From Rotaria socialis (lineage: Eukaryota), in contig CAJNYD010000223.1 in assembly GCA_905331295.1 (NCBI GenBank), forward strand, positions 62,001-126,000: a stretch of DNA of 64,000 bases. Reading direction: 5' to 3'. The position numbers were made by a program, and so were the translations under genes. Under the pieces are notes generated by a model. That model was not told where the DNA came from. It saw nothing but the letters and a program-made list of their open reading frames with translations, and did not search any database. How positions within the stretch are numbered: the first letter of the stretch is position 1; each line of letters opens with the position of its first letter. Shown here in pieces: positions 51,167-63,987 of the stretch.

Positions 51167-52638
51167 ACGTGTCAATCTAAAGAAACTGAATAAATAATTT
51201 CGAGAAGACGACTAATAAAGACGTGTATCGGGTGTCTAATAACACGAAGTAATGTTTGCTTTAATACGCAAACTTAGATGTTTTTTCTTTTTTCTCCACC
51301 ACATTTTTTATTTGTTCGAAATTTGAATTAAATAATTGGTGGATACCTGTACACTTAATTTGCAACATTGTTTCTATATTTATTTCTCTTGATTATAGAT
51401 GAAAAGCTGAGTCAATAGTACGTTCTTTCCTTTGAAGCAAGTGACAACATGATTTTTACTATCATGTTTTTGTAAGCCGTTATTAAGTCACAAATTGTTA
51501 TGGCATTCTATCGGCATCAATTTTTTTATCTATCAATAATATAAAAATTAGAATTATAAATAAACAATTGTTATGGCAAAGATCTGAAAGTATAGTAATC
51601 CTTGATATTGACAATAGAAAGTGAAATTTGAGTTATTTTGACGTAAGCTAGTAGTTAATCGGAAATTTTTGACAGCCTTGCTAATGTCCGTCACATTTAA
51701 ACATTGAGTACTCGTTTTGACTACTTCGAAGGTGTATTTAAAATTAAAAATATTTAATAATAACAACAAATCGTTACTTAATATTGATTTTATACTTTAT
51801 GAAGAAAATCAATTATTTATCGAATAAGCTTCAAACATAGCATCTGAAACTCGAAGAGAAAACTTTCATTATCACATCCACTGATATCAAAGATAACTAC
51901 GCCTTGTTTCTTTAGTTTTAAATAAAATTGAGTCAGGACTTGTGAGTGGGATGGACTTATTTTTAAGGAGAATTCTTAGGAAAATTTTACGAAAACGCCA
52001 TCTTATATATTTTACATGTAGTTTACTATGAAAAGAGTAGTTTTAGATGATTTTTCTTCTCGGTACACTGATAAACCGATTCTATGACTGCCGATATTTA
52101 TTCATATGTCTCATACTTCTCGTTTAAGTTACGTATTCGATATTAAAATTGACTCACAAAATGTCTGTTATGCGTTTGACAGAATTTGTTTTGTATATTG
52201 TTTCTAATCGTTAGTTTAAGTCCTATCGAGATTCCTAGTTAGATGTTTTCATTTTTATATAGTGATATATATTTGCAAGTAACATTTGTTAGCGCTGATC
52301 TTTATACATCGAATAGATGATGAATGAACATCTCAGAAAATTTTCAAACGAGATTTTCCCGCCGTACAGTATTCTGCTTTAGAATGAAGTCATCATTCAA
52401 TATAAGCAACAGGCTAAGCAAAAATAGGCGCTATTAAGCTAGTAAAGAACTCATTAACTATGAAGTGTGCCACCCTCTGTTTTAAACTCTATTTAATTTA
52501 GTGTGACCTATTGATCGCCAGCAAAAAAGGGAATAAATTTCCTTGGCAGAAATGAGTAAAATCCATTGGAAAACAGTCGACCTTTAAAGAGATTTCACTA
52601 AAATCGATAATATAATGGTCCTTTCTACTTTTTTTTAG

Positions 52639-54006
52639 TTATATGAACAGTACAAAACCATCATTTGACTGCGTCAAAACTCGAAAGTTTTGTTTCGCAT
52701 TTTCGGATAAACTGCAATGAGAAATATTGAGTGATGACAATGATTCATTCGTCTTAAGCATCCGAGCTATACAATTGATACTTCGATCCGTCACAAATTT
52801 GTTCGACGAAATATCAATCGATTCGAGAGTTTTATTATGACGTGAGAGTGCATCGGCCAAGAGTTGAACTCCTTGATCACTAATTGCATTGTTTGATAAT
52901 CTGAGAAAAATCAGTTTTGTATTGGTTTTGAGCATATTAGCAAGACATTTTGCACCTTCATCAGTAATCGCGTTCGCATTCAAGCCGAGCATTGTAAGAC
53001 TCGAGTGGTTGCAAGAAAGAATCTTTGCCAAAGCACCAACGCCTATGTCAGACACACAATTATTATCTAACCAAAGTTTCTGTAATGTAGTATTGCTTTT
53101 CAATGCTAATGCTATGGTCGACACACCCTTTGGTTTGATTATATTACGTTGTAAATGAAGCTCTGTACATCGTTTATGGGTAATGGCTTCGTTGACGACG
53201 AACTCGATGTCTTCATCCTGCAATTGATGCTCACTTAAGTCTACTTGGGAACACATCAAGCATTTCCCCAATAGATTCATCAATATTTGTTGTTGAAACG
53301 ATAATGATGCTGGTGGTTGGATCTCCTTAAGTTTTATAATATGGAGTCCATTTTTTTGATCAGAATTCGAAACAACTTTGAAATATGTACCAACAGTAAG
53401 CAAAACTTCGTCTTCTGCAGTATACATCGAATATTGTTTAATACGTTTCCCGCTATCACATTCAATAATGAATAGAGTTCGAGGACCTGATTGACCAAGA
53501 AATTTTTCAATAACATTAAGAGATAATGAACACGACGAAAATGGCCAGCATACATCAGTTTTATCTTCCATATATTCTCCACTTATATCCAGTTTGACTC
53601 CACGATAAACAGTTTGACCCACATTCGACGGAAGCTTTGAGAGAGCAACAGTGAAAAGTCTAAGATAAAGAAACCAAGGTTCTATCGCTTCTCTAGTTCC
53701 TGATCGAAGGATTTCGTTCAAACTATTGTAAAACGATGGTTGAATCGGCCCCTCCAGAGTATAAAGTTTTATTGAAGCAGCTTCATCAGAAGATAGGCTA
53801 CCTATGGAAGTCTGACAATCGGCTCTGACTATTGCAACCATGTCTTCAATATCTTGTATAACATTGATGAGAGGTACAATCGCTGCTTCAAGTGAAACCA
53901 ACGGTTTCTCTTCAAAATCTTGTATACGTTCACGTAAACTTGCTTGTGAATTCCTGACATCAGCGTATCGTTCAAGTATTTGTTCTTGGATTGCACCAGA
54001 AAGCAT
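52639..54006 (-). CDS. ADP-ribosyltransferase domain fused to RNI/NLRC3-like leucine-rich repeats, intronless
   Basis: ART motifs PLVSLEAA, ASIKLYT, VYRGV, FSSCS, EDEVLL. C-terminal 28-aa LRRs (L.L..N.I.D.G...LA..L..N..L). Confidence 0.9.
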   Translation of the reverse strand: MLSGAIQEQILERYADVRNSQASLRERIQDFEEKPLVSLEAAIVPLINVIQDIEDMVAIVRADCQTSIGSLSSDEAASIKLYTLEGPIQPSFYNSLNEILRSGTREAIEPWFLYLRLFTVALSKLPSNVGQTVYRGVKLDISGEYMEDKTDVCWPFSSCSLSLNVIEKFLGQSGPRTLFIIECDSGKRIKQYSMYTAEDEVLLTVGTYFKVVSNSDQKNGLHIIKLKEIQPPASLSFQQQILMNLLGKCLMCSQVDLSEHQLQDEDIEFVVNEAITHKRCTELHLQRNIIKPKGVSTIALALKSNTTLQKLWLDNNCVSDIGVGALAKILSCNHSSLTMLGLNANAITDEGAKCLANMLKTNTKLIFLRLSNNAISDQGVQLLADALSRHNKTLESIDISSNKFVTDRSINCIARMLKTNESLSSLNISHCSLSENAKQNFRVLTQSNDGFVLFI

Positions 54007-55675
54007 GTCAGTTTATGTTCAACTTTTAAGTTCTTAAAATAAATAAAATAAAAGTAGAAAATATATGTAGGAGATTTTCAAGCATTTATTTTATTTGTAT
54101 TGTATGAAATCTATCGATAATTGAAGTTGATAGATGACAACATTTTTACATGCGATATTTATATCTATAGCATTGTATATTTTTGCGAGCTACTTCACAA
54201 TAATTAAACATTAGACTAGACACGAACGTTGCCAGAAGAGTTTGGCAATCTTTTTTCTAAGTAGTTTTAGCTTCAGTGCAAATGTTCTATGTAATGTTAT
54301 TGGGTTTCATTAATGAATTTGGTCCAACGAGAATTTTATTACATCTAATTCGAAGTTCGAACTAGGTATGCTAAATCTTTTGAGTTAATTGTTTTACAGT
54401 TTATGATTTCCGGGTTCTATTGTTAGATATGTTTCATGAGTACAAGAGTATTGTGAAGTATTCAGTCTATAGTTTCTCTCTATAGGCTTTCTATTATTCG
54501 TGATCGTATCGATTTATTAAACACAAATACTCACTTTTTATACTTGTAAAAATGCAAGCTTTGCTATTGAAGTTTTCAAACGCTATTAAGATTCATGTAA
54601 AATAGTCATAAAAAGCATCTGGTTAATATTACGCTTATAGTGACTACTATTAAGATAATGAATAAAACAGAGATGGAGCGCGATTCTCTCAACTTTCGAC
54701 CAAAGTTCATAGAATCCTTTTTGTCATCATTCTATCGATGAGCGGTACGAATATTGAATAATCTTGTTACTGCCTTGCATGACAAACTTCTCGAGAAGAT
54801 GATCGATTAGTGTATTAATTCTTTCAAAAAAATTATTTTAATTTTAAAACAAATGATCATCAAGATTTCTTAATAGCATAATTCCAGTACTGAGTATGCA
54901 TTATAGGTTCTTTCATTAATCTCACTTATTCCTCAACTAAACTGGCTCTGTTTATTCAAAAAATATATTACTATAGATTAAGGCCTAGTAGCGTAAGAAA
55001 AAATGAATTCAAATATATATAATCTCTAAAGTAAAAATATCTTTCTTACCTCTGCAACCGAATATTGTCGTTTGATTGCAAGACTTTCTTTTCTTCTGCA
55101 GATTTTTTTCCCAGTAAATATTTGCACAGAAAATAAAAGAATCAAAGTGGTCTAAGTTTCCATCTAATGTTTTTTTTATTGATATGTTCGTTCTGTAAAA
55201 ATATGAGTAATACAACGAACTCTTTTTTTCTTATGAATATATGTGCACTTTGAAATGTCCAAGTTAATTAATCGACTAAATCTATAATTATTACTAGAAA
55301 GAAGAAACAGAACTTGACATTTCATTTTTTTAATTAAATAACAACTGGGTAAAAGAAACATTACCAATTTGTCGAACGACAGAAAATTGGCGTATGCACT
55401 TCCTTTTCCCTTCTGGCAACACTGCAATACGTGTAAATAGTATTATTTCGTTTTGTTGCATTGAAAAGAATATCTTGCCAACAAACATCAAGAATTAATA
55501 ATGCTGAGAGAAAACAGCATTGAACAACTGTTTTATAGATTATCGAATAATATTCAATACGGTATTTATTGCTTGATTTTGATCGTACTTAAACAAATTT
55601 CAGTGTTGGATTGCTTGTTATGAGCGAGGGGGTGAAAGCGAAGTAGAAAGAAGCATCAATTTAGAGTTAATTGGT

Positions 55676-57391
55676 TTATACAGATGTTTTTAAAATAAAG
55701 AATTCCATTAAAATGAATGACCATGTTAAACTGAGTTTGATTGAAATCGACAAAATCGGGCAATTGAGATCCGATGTCCAATCGTCACTGCCGACCCAGT
55801 GTTTGCATATAAATAGGCCTTGTGGATCAACTACTTGTTTGATGGACTTGAGTCGATCATACATAGCTTGCGAACCAAAATATCTCTGCTTCCAATTAGG
55901 TTCATTTGGATCGGCTTCATTCAAATAGGAATCAAATAGTGCATTATTTGATAGAGTATCTAAGATTTGTATACGAGAAGTAATATCTGCAGCAATCAAT
56001 TTTTGAGTTTCCATAGAGGTGTTGTCTGCCTAATCCTGACCATAGACTATATGACTTATTAATAGACTTGTTGCTTTTGTGCTTATATGTTTCATTTGTA
56101 AAAATAATTTTGCTTGATCATCCGGTCGATAGCGAACGACTGTGTCAGGAATAAGACGTGATCCAAGTAGCATATTATATCTATTAGGATCAGATGGAGT
56201 CAATGCAAGCTTGTATGCCTCATAGAACGATGGTATGAACGCTGTAGTCTTTGCTGAAAAAACTAAATCTGTATTGTTATTCTGAAATTCGGAGAATGTT
56301 GCGTTTCCAATGTTGAGTTCTCCATTGGGCCAAATATATTTCATAGAAATCTTGTGATCTCCCATAGATATATATCCAGCACAGCCATCATCTGCTAATT
56401 TTGGTAAAAATGGAACAAAATCTCGAATCAATGTAACATACCGAGTCTCATTAGATGCTTCTATACTAAGTAGAATACTGATGATATAGGGCGATGAGAA
56501 TGTTCTCAAAACAACAGAAAGTACAACATCATGTGTACCACCAGCTCCACCACTCAATGCATAGAACAAGTCACTATTTTGGCATGGGCTTACAATTTTA
56601 CGCTGTCCATCCGCAGTAACCACGCCATATTCGAGTACTTGATCAACATCCAAACCTTTCCACAATGGCAATAGACTATGGCCACCACCTTGTAAAAATC
56701 CACCGGTATCCCCTACAGAGTTACAAGATCCACTAATTGCTGTCAAATTGTATTTAGAAAATCATTTGTAAACTTCATCCCACTGAACACCTGCACCTAG
56801 ACGAACTTCATTCGTCACATTAGCAGAACCACAAGAGGAATATTGCGGGATCAATGGCATGTTCTTCATATAATGAAGCCGTAAAAGAAATGATCCCGGT
56901 GCTGTCGATCGGCCAAGGATATCGTGACCTGTTGTTTTGATAACTAAACGAAGATTGTATTTTGCAGCGAATTTTATCGTTGCTTGAACATATTCAGGCA
57001 ACGTTGCATTAACAGCAATTACAGGCACAGAACTTTGATGACATGAAGAATTCAAATTGTATATAGAACATTAAGTATTTTTCCAATTATAATATTGCAC
57101 AGCACCCAATTGTTCGCTACGCCATTTTGAATTCATCCAGTTAGTATACGCTATTGTACACGCCTCCATATTGAATTGATCCCGAGTACACGAGGCCGCT
57201 GATGGACGAGGTAAAACTAGACATCCATTTATAGAATCATTAAGTAGTTGCCAAGATGTTGAATCATTCGAAAGACAACGGCAAATACTACCTTAAAACA
57301 TAGAGATACACAGCATAAATTAGTATAATACAATAGATCTACCAGTAACAGCGTAGTATTGACTTAGAACCACAATGATAAATAAGAACAT
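55676..57391 (-). pseudogene. Secreted FAD-linked (berberine-bridge-enzyme family) oxidoreductase, fungal type, pseudogenised
   Basis: Signal peptide plus 51-nt intron 57292-57342. Motifs LVIKTTGHDILGRS, GGFLQGGGHS, DLFYALSGG, YLNEAD..EPNWKQRYFG...DPQGLF. In-frame stops TAA 57071, TGA 56762, TAG 56030. Confidence 0.88.
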
Positions 57392-58729
57392 CGTATTCTC
57401 AACTTATGAGTATTTACAAAAAAGTACCTATCGTGATGAAATTAATTGGATTTACGTAGGACTTGTTGCTGTCTACGTCAAACATGATTATTCATCATTT
57501 TTAACGTGATTACATAAACACTCGAAAGATTATACACGAAGTATAGTCTAATACAAAAGAAATATCACATGTACCCGTAATATACGAGACTCGTATTGTA
57601 GCTTATGTTCTTGACTCATATAAATCTGTGATAATAAACAATATTGTATCATTATTCCCAATCATTTATGATGATAAAACATGATTTATGAATGTTAATG
57701 TAGTACTTTGTCAATGTGTATGCAAATAAGATCCCTAGGGCGAAACTCACAACCGCAGCACGATACTTCATATCATGCATATTTTAGATTACAAGAGAAT
57801 ATTTTAGAGTACTTTAACGTAACTTTAGGTACATAGATGTACTGATTTGCACTTTTATTGATTGGATTTAAACTATACAAGCACAATAGCAAAACAAAGA
57901 TTTAACTTCAGATTCTTGTTCATTAGATGAAATCTATATGGAAATCTATTAATTAATTTTAATTTACAAAATATCATTTCCTGGCGATTGTTTTGTTTTG
58001 CTTGAGTGAAACTCTTGATCTTATTGGAATAAACTTATTTATTCAAATAGTTAAAAACAAATATAACGCAACAGTGGATACGAATCTATTAGGAAATGCA
58101 AATTTCGCTATATGAGTCTGTATTCATATTGTTACTTGATGTGAACAATCAATTGCTCTTTAAAACAAAAGTCGAAGAACGATTTCAAATACAAACCATC
58201 ATTGGATTTTCGAACAATCATTTTCATATCCAATAAATTCGTCTGACATTGACTCTATAGATTATTTTCAGGAAGGTCAAATTTAATTAAGAAGTATGGA
58301 GACTGCTACAACAGATGTGATATTGGTTCAAAATCATAGAATAAAATAAAATGATTATTTTAATCTTGAGTTACATTGGATGCCATGGGTTATGCGGAAG
58401 CAAATTCACGTGCAAATCGAATATATTTGATTCAAATTTTATAAAACATATATATTTGGATAAAAAACGGAAACAAAGCGGGCATAATCTGCGTTCCGTA
58501 GCTACTTTAGACTTTCTTCCGTTAATACAATAAAAAAACAAAAATTTTTCACTGTCGATATCAATATAAAGAAAGAAAAAACAATCATTATTCGATGTAT
58601 TTTATTTAAAAAAAGTAATGTAAAAAAAGAAAATTCAACGAAAACATGTAAAACTCATACTGAGAATATTCAGATTGCTTTTAAAAAATTGCTTCAACCT
58701 AAATATCAAGTTGAACAAAGTTCATCTCA

Positions 58730-59398
58730 TTACTGGAGTTCGAGTGAAAGTTTTTCGATAGTGTACAATGTATTGTTTTTTGTAAGAACTTCAATTAGCT
58801 TATTATACATATCTTGACGTTCATCTTTCGTTGCCGGTCGCATATCATCATCCAATGAATCAACGTAAGGTTTAGAATTGAGAATGAATGTGTCAACGGG
58901 TACCGTATACTTTTCTTTAACTAAAAACGTTAACACCCGCTCTTCTGAACCGATTATGGGAGTGACCGAATGAAATTGTTGAGTATTAACATGCATTTTA
59001 TTACCTGGAAAATGATAGCGAGAGGCTACATGACGAAGAGTACCGGACACCGACTCGGCCGAACTTAGTATATTATCTGGATTTCGAGTGAACTGATATG
59101 AAATTGTACCGTCTTTTTCATCGATGATCTCCCAAATTTTTTCTTCATATTCACCTTCCAAACAGAATGTATCAAAGGAATTCCGATGATTATGAATATG
59201 AGTTTCAGCGCAATCGATAAACCAATTGATTTGATATTCGATCTTTGCGTCTTTTTCATCAGTACCACAACGAATTTGATGCATCACATTCGGAACAGTA
59301 CGAATATCTGCCGATGGCCAATCGATAAGTACTTGATATATTTTTCTGAAAATAAAGTCTCGCATCAAGCCAACTCTTGAGTAGAATCTAAAATTCAA
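58730..59398 (-). CDS. Cupin-fold (cysteine-dioxygenase-like) protein, last exon; 5' end unresolved
   Basis: Cupin motif 1 ETHIHNHRNSFDTFCLEGEYEE and motif 2 FPGNKMHVNTQQFHSV. Confidence 0.62.
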   Translation of the reverse strand: MNFRFYSRVGLMRDFIFRKIYQVLIDWPSADIRTVPNVMHQIRCGTDEKDAKIEYQINWFIDCAETHIHNHRNSFDTFCLEGEYEEKIWEIIDEKDGTISYQFTRNPDNILSSAESVSGTLRHVASRYHFPGNKMHVNTQQFHSVTPIIGSEERVLTFLVKEKYTVPVDTFILNSKPYVDSLDDDMRPATKDERQDMYNKLIEVLTKNNTLYTIEKLSLELQ

Positions 59399-60499
59399 TA
59401 AATGTTCATATTATCTGATCTGTAATACATCGATTCTGACTTACTGATTGCTACATTCATTTTGTTCTTGCTGTAGGGAAGTTGTATTTGTTTCGTATAA
59501 AAATACCATTTTGAATATATATAACAATAGCGTGAGTTTGTAACTGAATTATTTCAACTAGAAAATTCATGTCTTTAAATATGCTGGTGATCAGACAGTT
59601 GATTCGAGTATTATTTCGACAGTGGAGAAAAAAATGACTCAAAATCAATTTGATGACACTGTAACGATAAGAATGTTTTATCGTGATATCGAACTGTTTT
59701 ATTTCAATCAACCTTCTCCTTTTATAGTTACACTTTTCTTTCTCCGGGGCGCGTCACTCAACCGGAGAGAACGAGAAAGAACACGACAAAGAGGAAGAGA
59801 GAATACACATGACAATGAGGAAGAAAGTCGTTATGTACATTGATTAAGATAGAACGAGTGCTTATATCGGCACAGACACATCATATCCAGTGCTGGAACA
59901 TGAAGATTGCGAATCTTCGACGGGTAAACCCAGTGTTTTTTGCGCTTCCTGATATGGATATAATCGATACAAAAATTTGGTTGGTTTTGATGTATCCCTA
60001 TTCGAGATGTATGAATAGTTTTGCGAATTAGAATTCGAAAGATTTAATTTAGTCTGAAACGCTGCCAGCTGAGAAGAAAAATATTAATTTGTAGAGAAAT
60101 TGGTTTCATAACTTTATGTTGTGTGACATTTTGTATCGAATTTTTAGATTCAATGATAGGTATTGATAGAACAATAGTGATCCAAAGGCATTTTAAATTT
60201 TATATTTGCCTCTTCTAAAAAAAACAGATCTTATCATGAGAAGTTTTTCTTTTCTTTTTCACTCTTCTGGACAAAACATTAGTTTTCAGAACTTTGATCT
60301 AATATGCGAGGTTTTCTCGTACAGTGAAGTAATGCATCACAGTTAAACTTTGAAGAAAATTCATTCTTGTTATTTATTAATTTTAAGTAGCTTTGAAACA
60401 TTCAGTGATCTATTTCAAAACATCGACGAAATTGATGCAATTTACAAAAATAGACACGACCCGACATGAATTCGAAGTTTACGTTAAAAAAAGAACTCG

Positions 60500-61446
60500 T
60501 TAACAATCTTTCGATGACACTTTTTTCATATGATCCAAAACTGATTTAAACGTCAAATCATCACAATTTTCATTGTCTTTAAGTCGTTTTCGAATTAGCG
60601 TTGAACTAATATCTTCTGATTCGGAGCTGGACGTATCCATTTCATCGTCATTATCGCAGACATAAAATACACGTGGATCATTCATTGCATTTGTTGACTT
60701 GAGTACACTATTATTTTGACCGAGACGATAAACAACAGCAACGCCACCCAATGGTGATTTTCTCAGTGTTCCCATACCGTAACAACGATTAAATAAATCC
60801 AGACCAGCAACATAAATTACTCGAACAGGTTTCGGCAAATTTAGATGTTGATTGATGAATTGTTGAAGGCTATGAGCGACACTTACTAGATGGACGAATC
60901 CAGGAGCTAGAAAAAAAAAATTTCATCAGAATTTTTCATAAAAGAACTATTTCAATAATAAATAAAACGAAATTAAGCACGATACTACAAGCTTCATGAG
61001 CAAAAGTACTGATTATTTTGAATGAAAAATTGAAGTTTGTTTGCTTTTTTTTGTATCTCACGAATACATATACATAGATTCAAAAGATTCATCAACTTAC
61101 CCATACATTCAGCCATGTCAACACTCAGCCAATGTTGTTGACCAGCTTCTTCAATTGCTTTTCGACACATTTCAATACGATGTTCGCCACTAATCAGTTC
61201 ATTACTTAACTTACCATATACATATTCATCATGAGTTGGAGATAAATATCCTCCGATGACATTGAAATTACATGCTCGCTCTAAATACTTTTTAGTTCGT
61301 ACCATATTCGATACGTGACTACGATGAATAGGATTCATAGAACCCGTCTTAATTAATACGACATTTTCTAGACTATTTGATCGTAATTTTAAATTTGCGT
61401 AAAGAATTGACAAATCAGTCGTCCGTTCAGAATGTATTTCAGACAT
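60500..61446 (-). CDS. NMNAT-like / cytidylyltransferase-family nucleotidyltransferase, two exons
   Basis: TGSMNPIHRSH (HxGH-like), GGYLSPTHDEYV, HRIEMCRKA, YVAGLDL. In-frame intron 60907-61100 (GTAAG...CTAG). Confidence 0.8.
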
Positions 61447-63466
61447 TATAAAAAAGAAATTATGAAATGGAATGAGACATCTTAGTTAACATTTAAACAG
61501 TATCGCTGTCTGTGAATTTTTTCCCAAACAGAAAGCGAATCAGTCAGGCTTCCGAATGACTCATCATATAAGAAATGCGTCATTTTGTCAATAAAGCAGA
61601 ACATCAAAAAACAAAATCTTACAATTTTTATCCAAAACCACTTGTAATGATGTTGCACCATTGTGTTGCGTTTTTTCAACCAACTGCAACGCACTGAATT
61701 GCAATTCATCAATGCATTTCTTTCTTTGAAAATAATTGTTATTTAACACTGATGTCTGTAGGTTTTTGTTATCAATGAATCTAAACTTCTTCTGCCGTTG
61801 CGTTTTCTGTTTTCTTTTACAGAAAGTTCAACATAGTTACATGGCCTAGAGAAGCAGGACACATTGTTCTTTTTTCGATGGATTCATTCCGTTGACATTA
61901 TTTGAGGCAATCGTCCGATCAGATAAAGCTATTTGATTGCTCGGCTCAGCGTGAAAACTTCTGGAGAAAACCAAAAATATATGTCGCATACTCATATACT
62001 ACTGAGACACACAAAGACCATCTCGGCAGTTAAAGGATAATATATAAACTTGCAATTGTATCGACGAACATAGATTAAGTATTGAATCATCAACAACATC
62101 TACCACCATAGACAGAGACGTCCAAATAAAGAAATTCAATGAAAAAAGTACTACGCATTTTTCTCTAATTATTTCGGAAAAATATATGAGGTGTCACAGC
62201 GTACTCTATACTTTCAGTATCTATTAATGAGTTTCTTTATTTTATTAATATCTTCTCAGAAACTTGTTGACTCAGTGTTTCCGGTGCTAAAACGAAATAT
62301 AAGCTTTTGATAAAAATATTCATCTTTCAACGTAAAACTAATTACCTAGTAACTAGAACGTCTTTCTTTCAGCTTTTCTTGGTCAATTCAATTTATAATG
62401 GCTAATAATAAATGGGAAAATGTCAATGTTATTTTTTATGATATGATTGATATATGTATATGACTATCATTTGACAAAGTGTTAAAACAAACGATTCTTT
62501 TAAGTAAAAATATGAAGACACATTTTTCAGACAAATTAGAGAACAATAGAACTATGAATGGAAAGTGTCAATTATAAAATTTATTTGTTTTTCATTCTAT
62601 CTTGATCTGAATTTAAACTCTCTCGTTCGTTTTGATCTATGGTGCCTATTGGAAAACAGGCTACTAATGAAATACTCGATGAAGATACATTTCACTTATG
62701 AAAGAAAGCTACTATTTGATGATCTCACATGGCATCATACACAAAATTTAGTTCACTATACACTTGCATATTCTCTCACTAATAGAAAACTGAAAAGAGC
62801 TATTAAAGCATGTTAATTTTTCCAATTGAAACCGGTGAAACAATTAAACACCTCCTCAAAATAAGTTCTACTTGACATGTTTCATGAAAAAAATCACTCT
62901 AGGCGAACAAATGTATCACATTTTTAAAATACTTTTTGAAAAAAAAATTTCTTTTGGCCTTAAATTATGTGCTAAAAGGTACCTGATAGTTCACAAAAAA
63001 ACTCATCGCGAAGTAAGAAAATTGCTAGAAGTGAAAAACGATTAAATACCAGGTAAATAAATGATATGCCGTTTCTCTTCACGATACCTACGATCAGTGT
63101 TTCTAATAGAAATCTGAAATAAAATGTTTTTGTACATTTCTTTTATGTGAAGAATGTGTATCTTCACACTTTGATTTTATAAACAAAGTGTATCAAAGTG
63201 TAAATAAACGAAAAGCGTTGAAATAATGTAGAAAGAGAATAAAAAAAAGTCCTTGCTTATCTGTTTCATAGAGAAAAAAGGTGACATCGATTATAAACAA
63301 CGAAATTAGAGCTATACATACAAGTGGCATCTTTTTATCTGACAATAAAATAAAAGAGTAGAAAAAACAAAATTACTGTGCTATGTACATCAATAGAGCT
63401 ATCTATCATTTAAGGTGGAAAAGAAGAAAGTGACATAGATGATAAACAACAAAATAAGAGCTATAG

Positions 63467-63785
63467 CCCAGGTCGTCGACGTACGGCGGGAAACGGCCGG
63501 AAAGCACAGGAAAGCGCTGGAAAGTGGAAGCAGTATTCCAGTTGGAAGTTACCGGATTTTCTTCCTGTAGATTCCGATCAACTTCCAGATGTAAAACACA
63601 GAAAACTGACCGGAAAACACAGGAAACTGACCGGAATCCACAGGAAAAAAATCCGGTAACTTCCAACTGGAATACTGCTTCCAGTTTCCAGTGCTTTCCC
63701 ATGCTTTCCGGCCAGATACGGTGATTTTTCCACATCTTTCCGGCCGGTTCCTACAGTATCCGTCCTCCGGAATCATTGACCTGGG
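63467..63785 (-). mobile_element. MITE of the CCCAGGTCG-TIR family, opposite orientation
   Basis: Ends CCCAGGTC / GACCTGGG flanked by AG on both sides. Long internal inverted repeat GGAAGCAGTATTCCAGTTGGAAGTTACCGGATTTT / AAAATCCGGTAACTTCCAACTGGAATACTGCTTCC. Confidence 0.85.
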
Positions 63786-63942
63786 AGAGGCACATAATTT
63801 TTTCACGATTAGGGATGCACCAAATCTTGATTAAGATTTGGATTCGGGAGCAAACCCTTGGTATTTGAACTCGGATTTGGATTTGTAGCCTAGATTTGAA
63901 ACTTAATTTAGATTAGTGCCTGATATTTGAAGGGGTGTGGCT

Positions 63943-63987
63943 GAGGGTGTGGGTATGGGGAAAGAGAAGACGGGCACCCACACCCTC
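63943..63987 (+). repeat. Telomere-like-repeat hairpin (family member)
   Basis: GAGGGTGTGGGT-atggggaaagagaagacgggc-ACCCACACCCTC, a perfect 12-bp stem with the shared GAGAAGAC loop motif. Confidence 0.75.

Noticed and set aside
55676..57391. Stop-codon readthrough or alternative genetic code in the oxidase and ART-TPR genes
   Set aside because: The stops are of all three types and come with a deletion or frameshift. Neighbouring genes use the standard code. Ordinary pseudogenisation is simpler.
63278..63466. Imperfect ~40-bp direct repeat (GTGACAT.GAT.ATAAACAAC.AAAT.AGAGCTATA)
   Set aside because: Only two degenerate copies; looks like a simple local duplication.
63810..63900. TAGGGATGCAC start followed by GGATTT repeats, resembling a hAT MITE left end
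   Set aside because: No matching right TIR or TSD inside the window.
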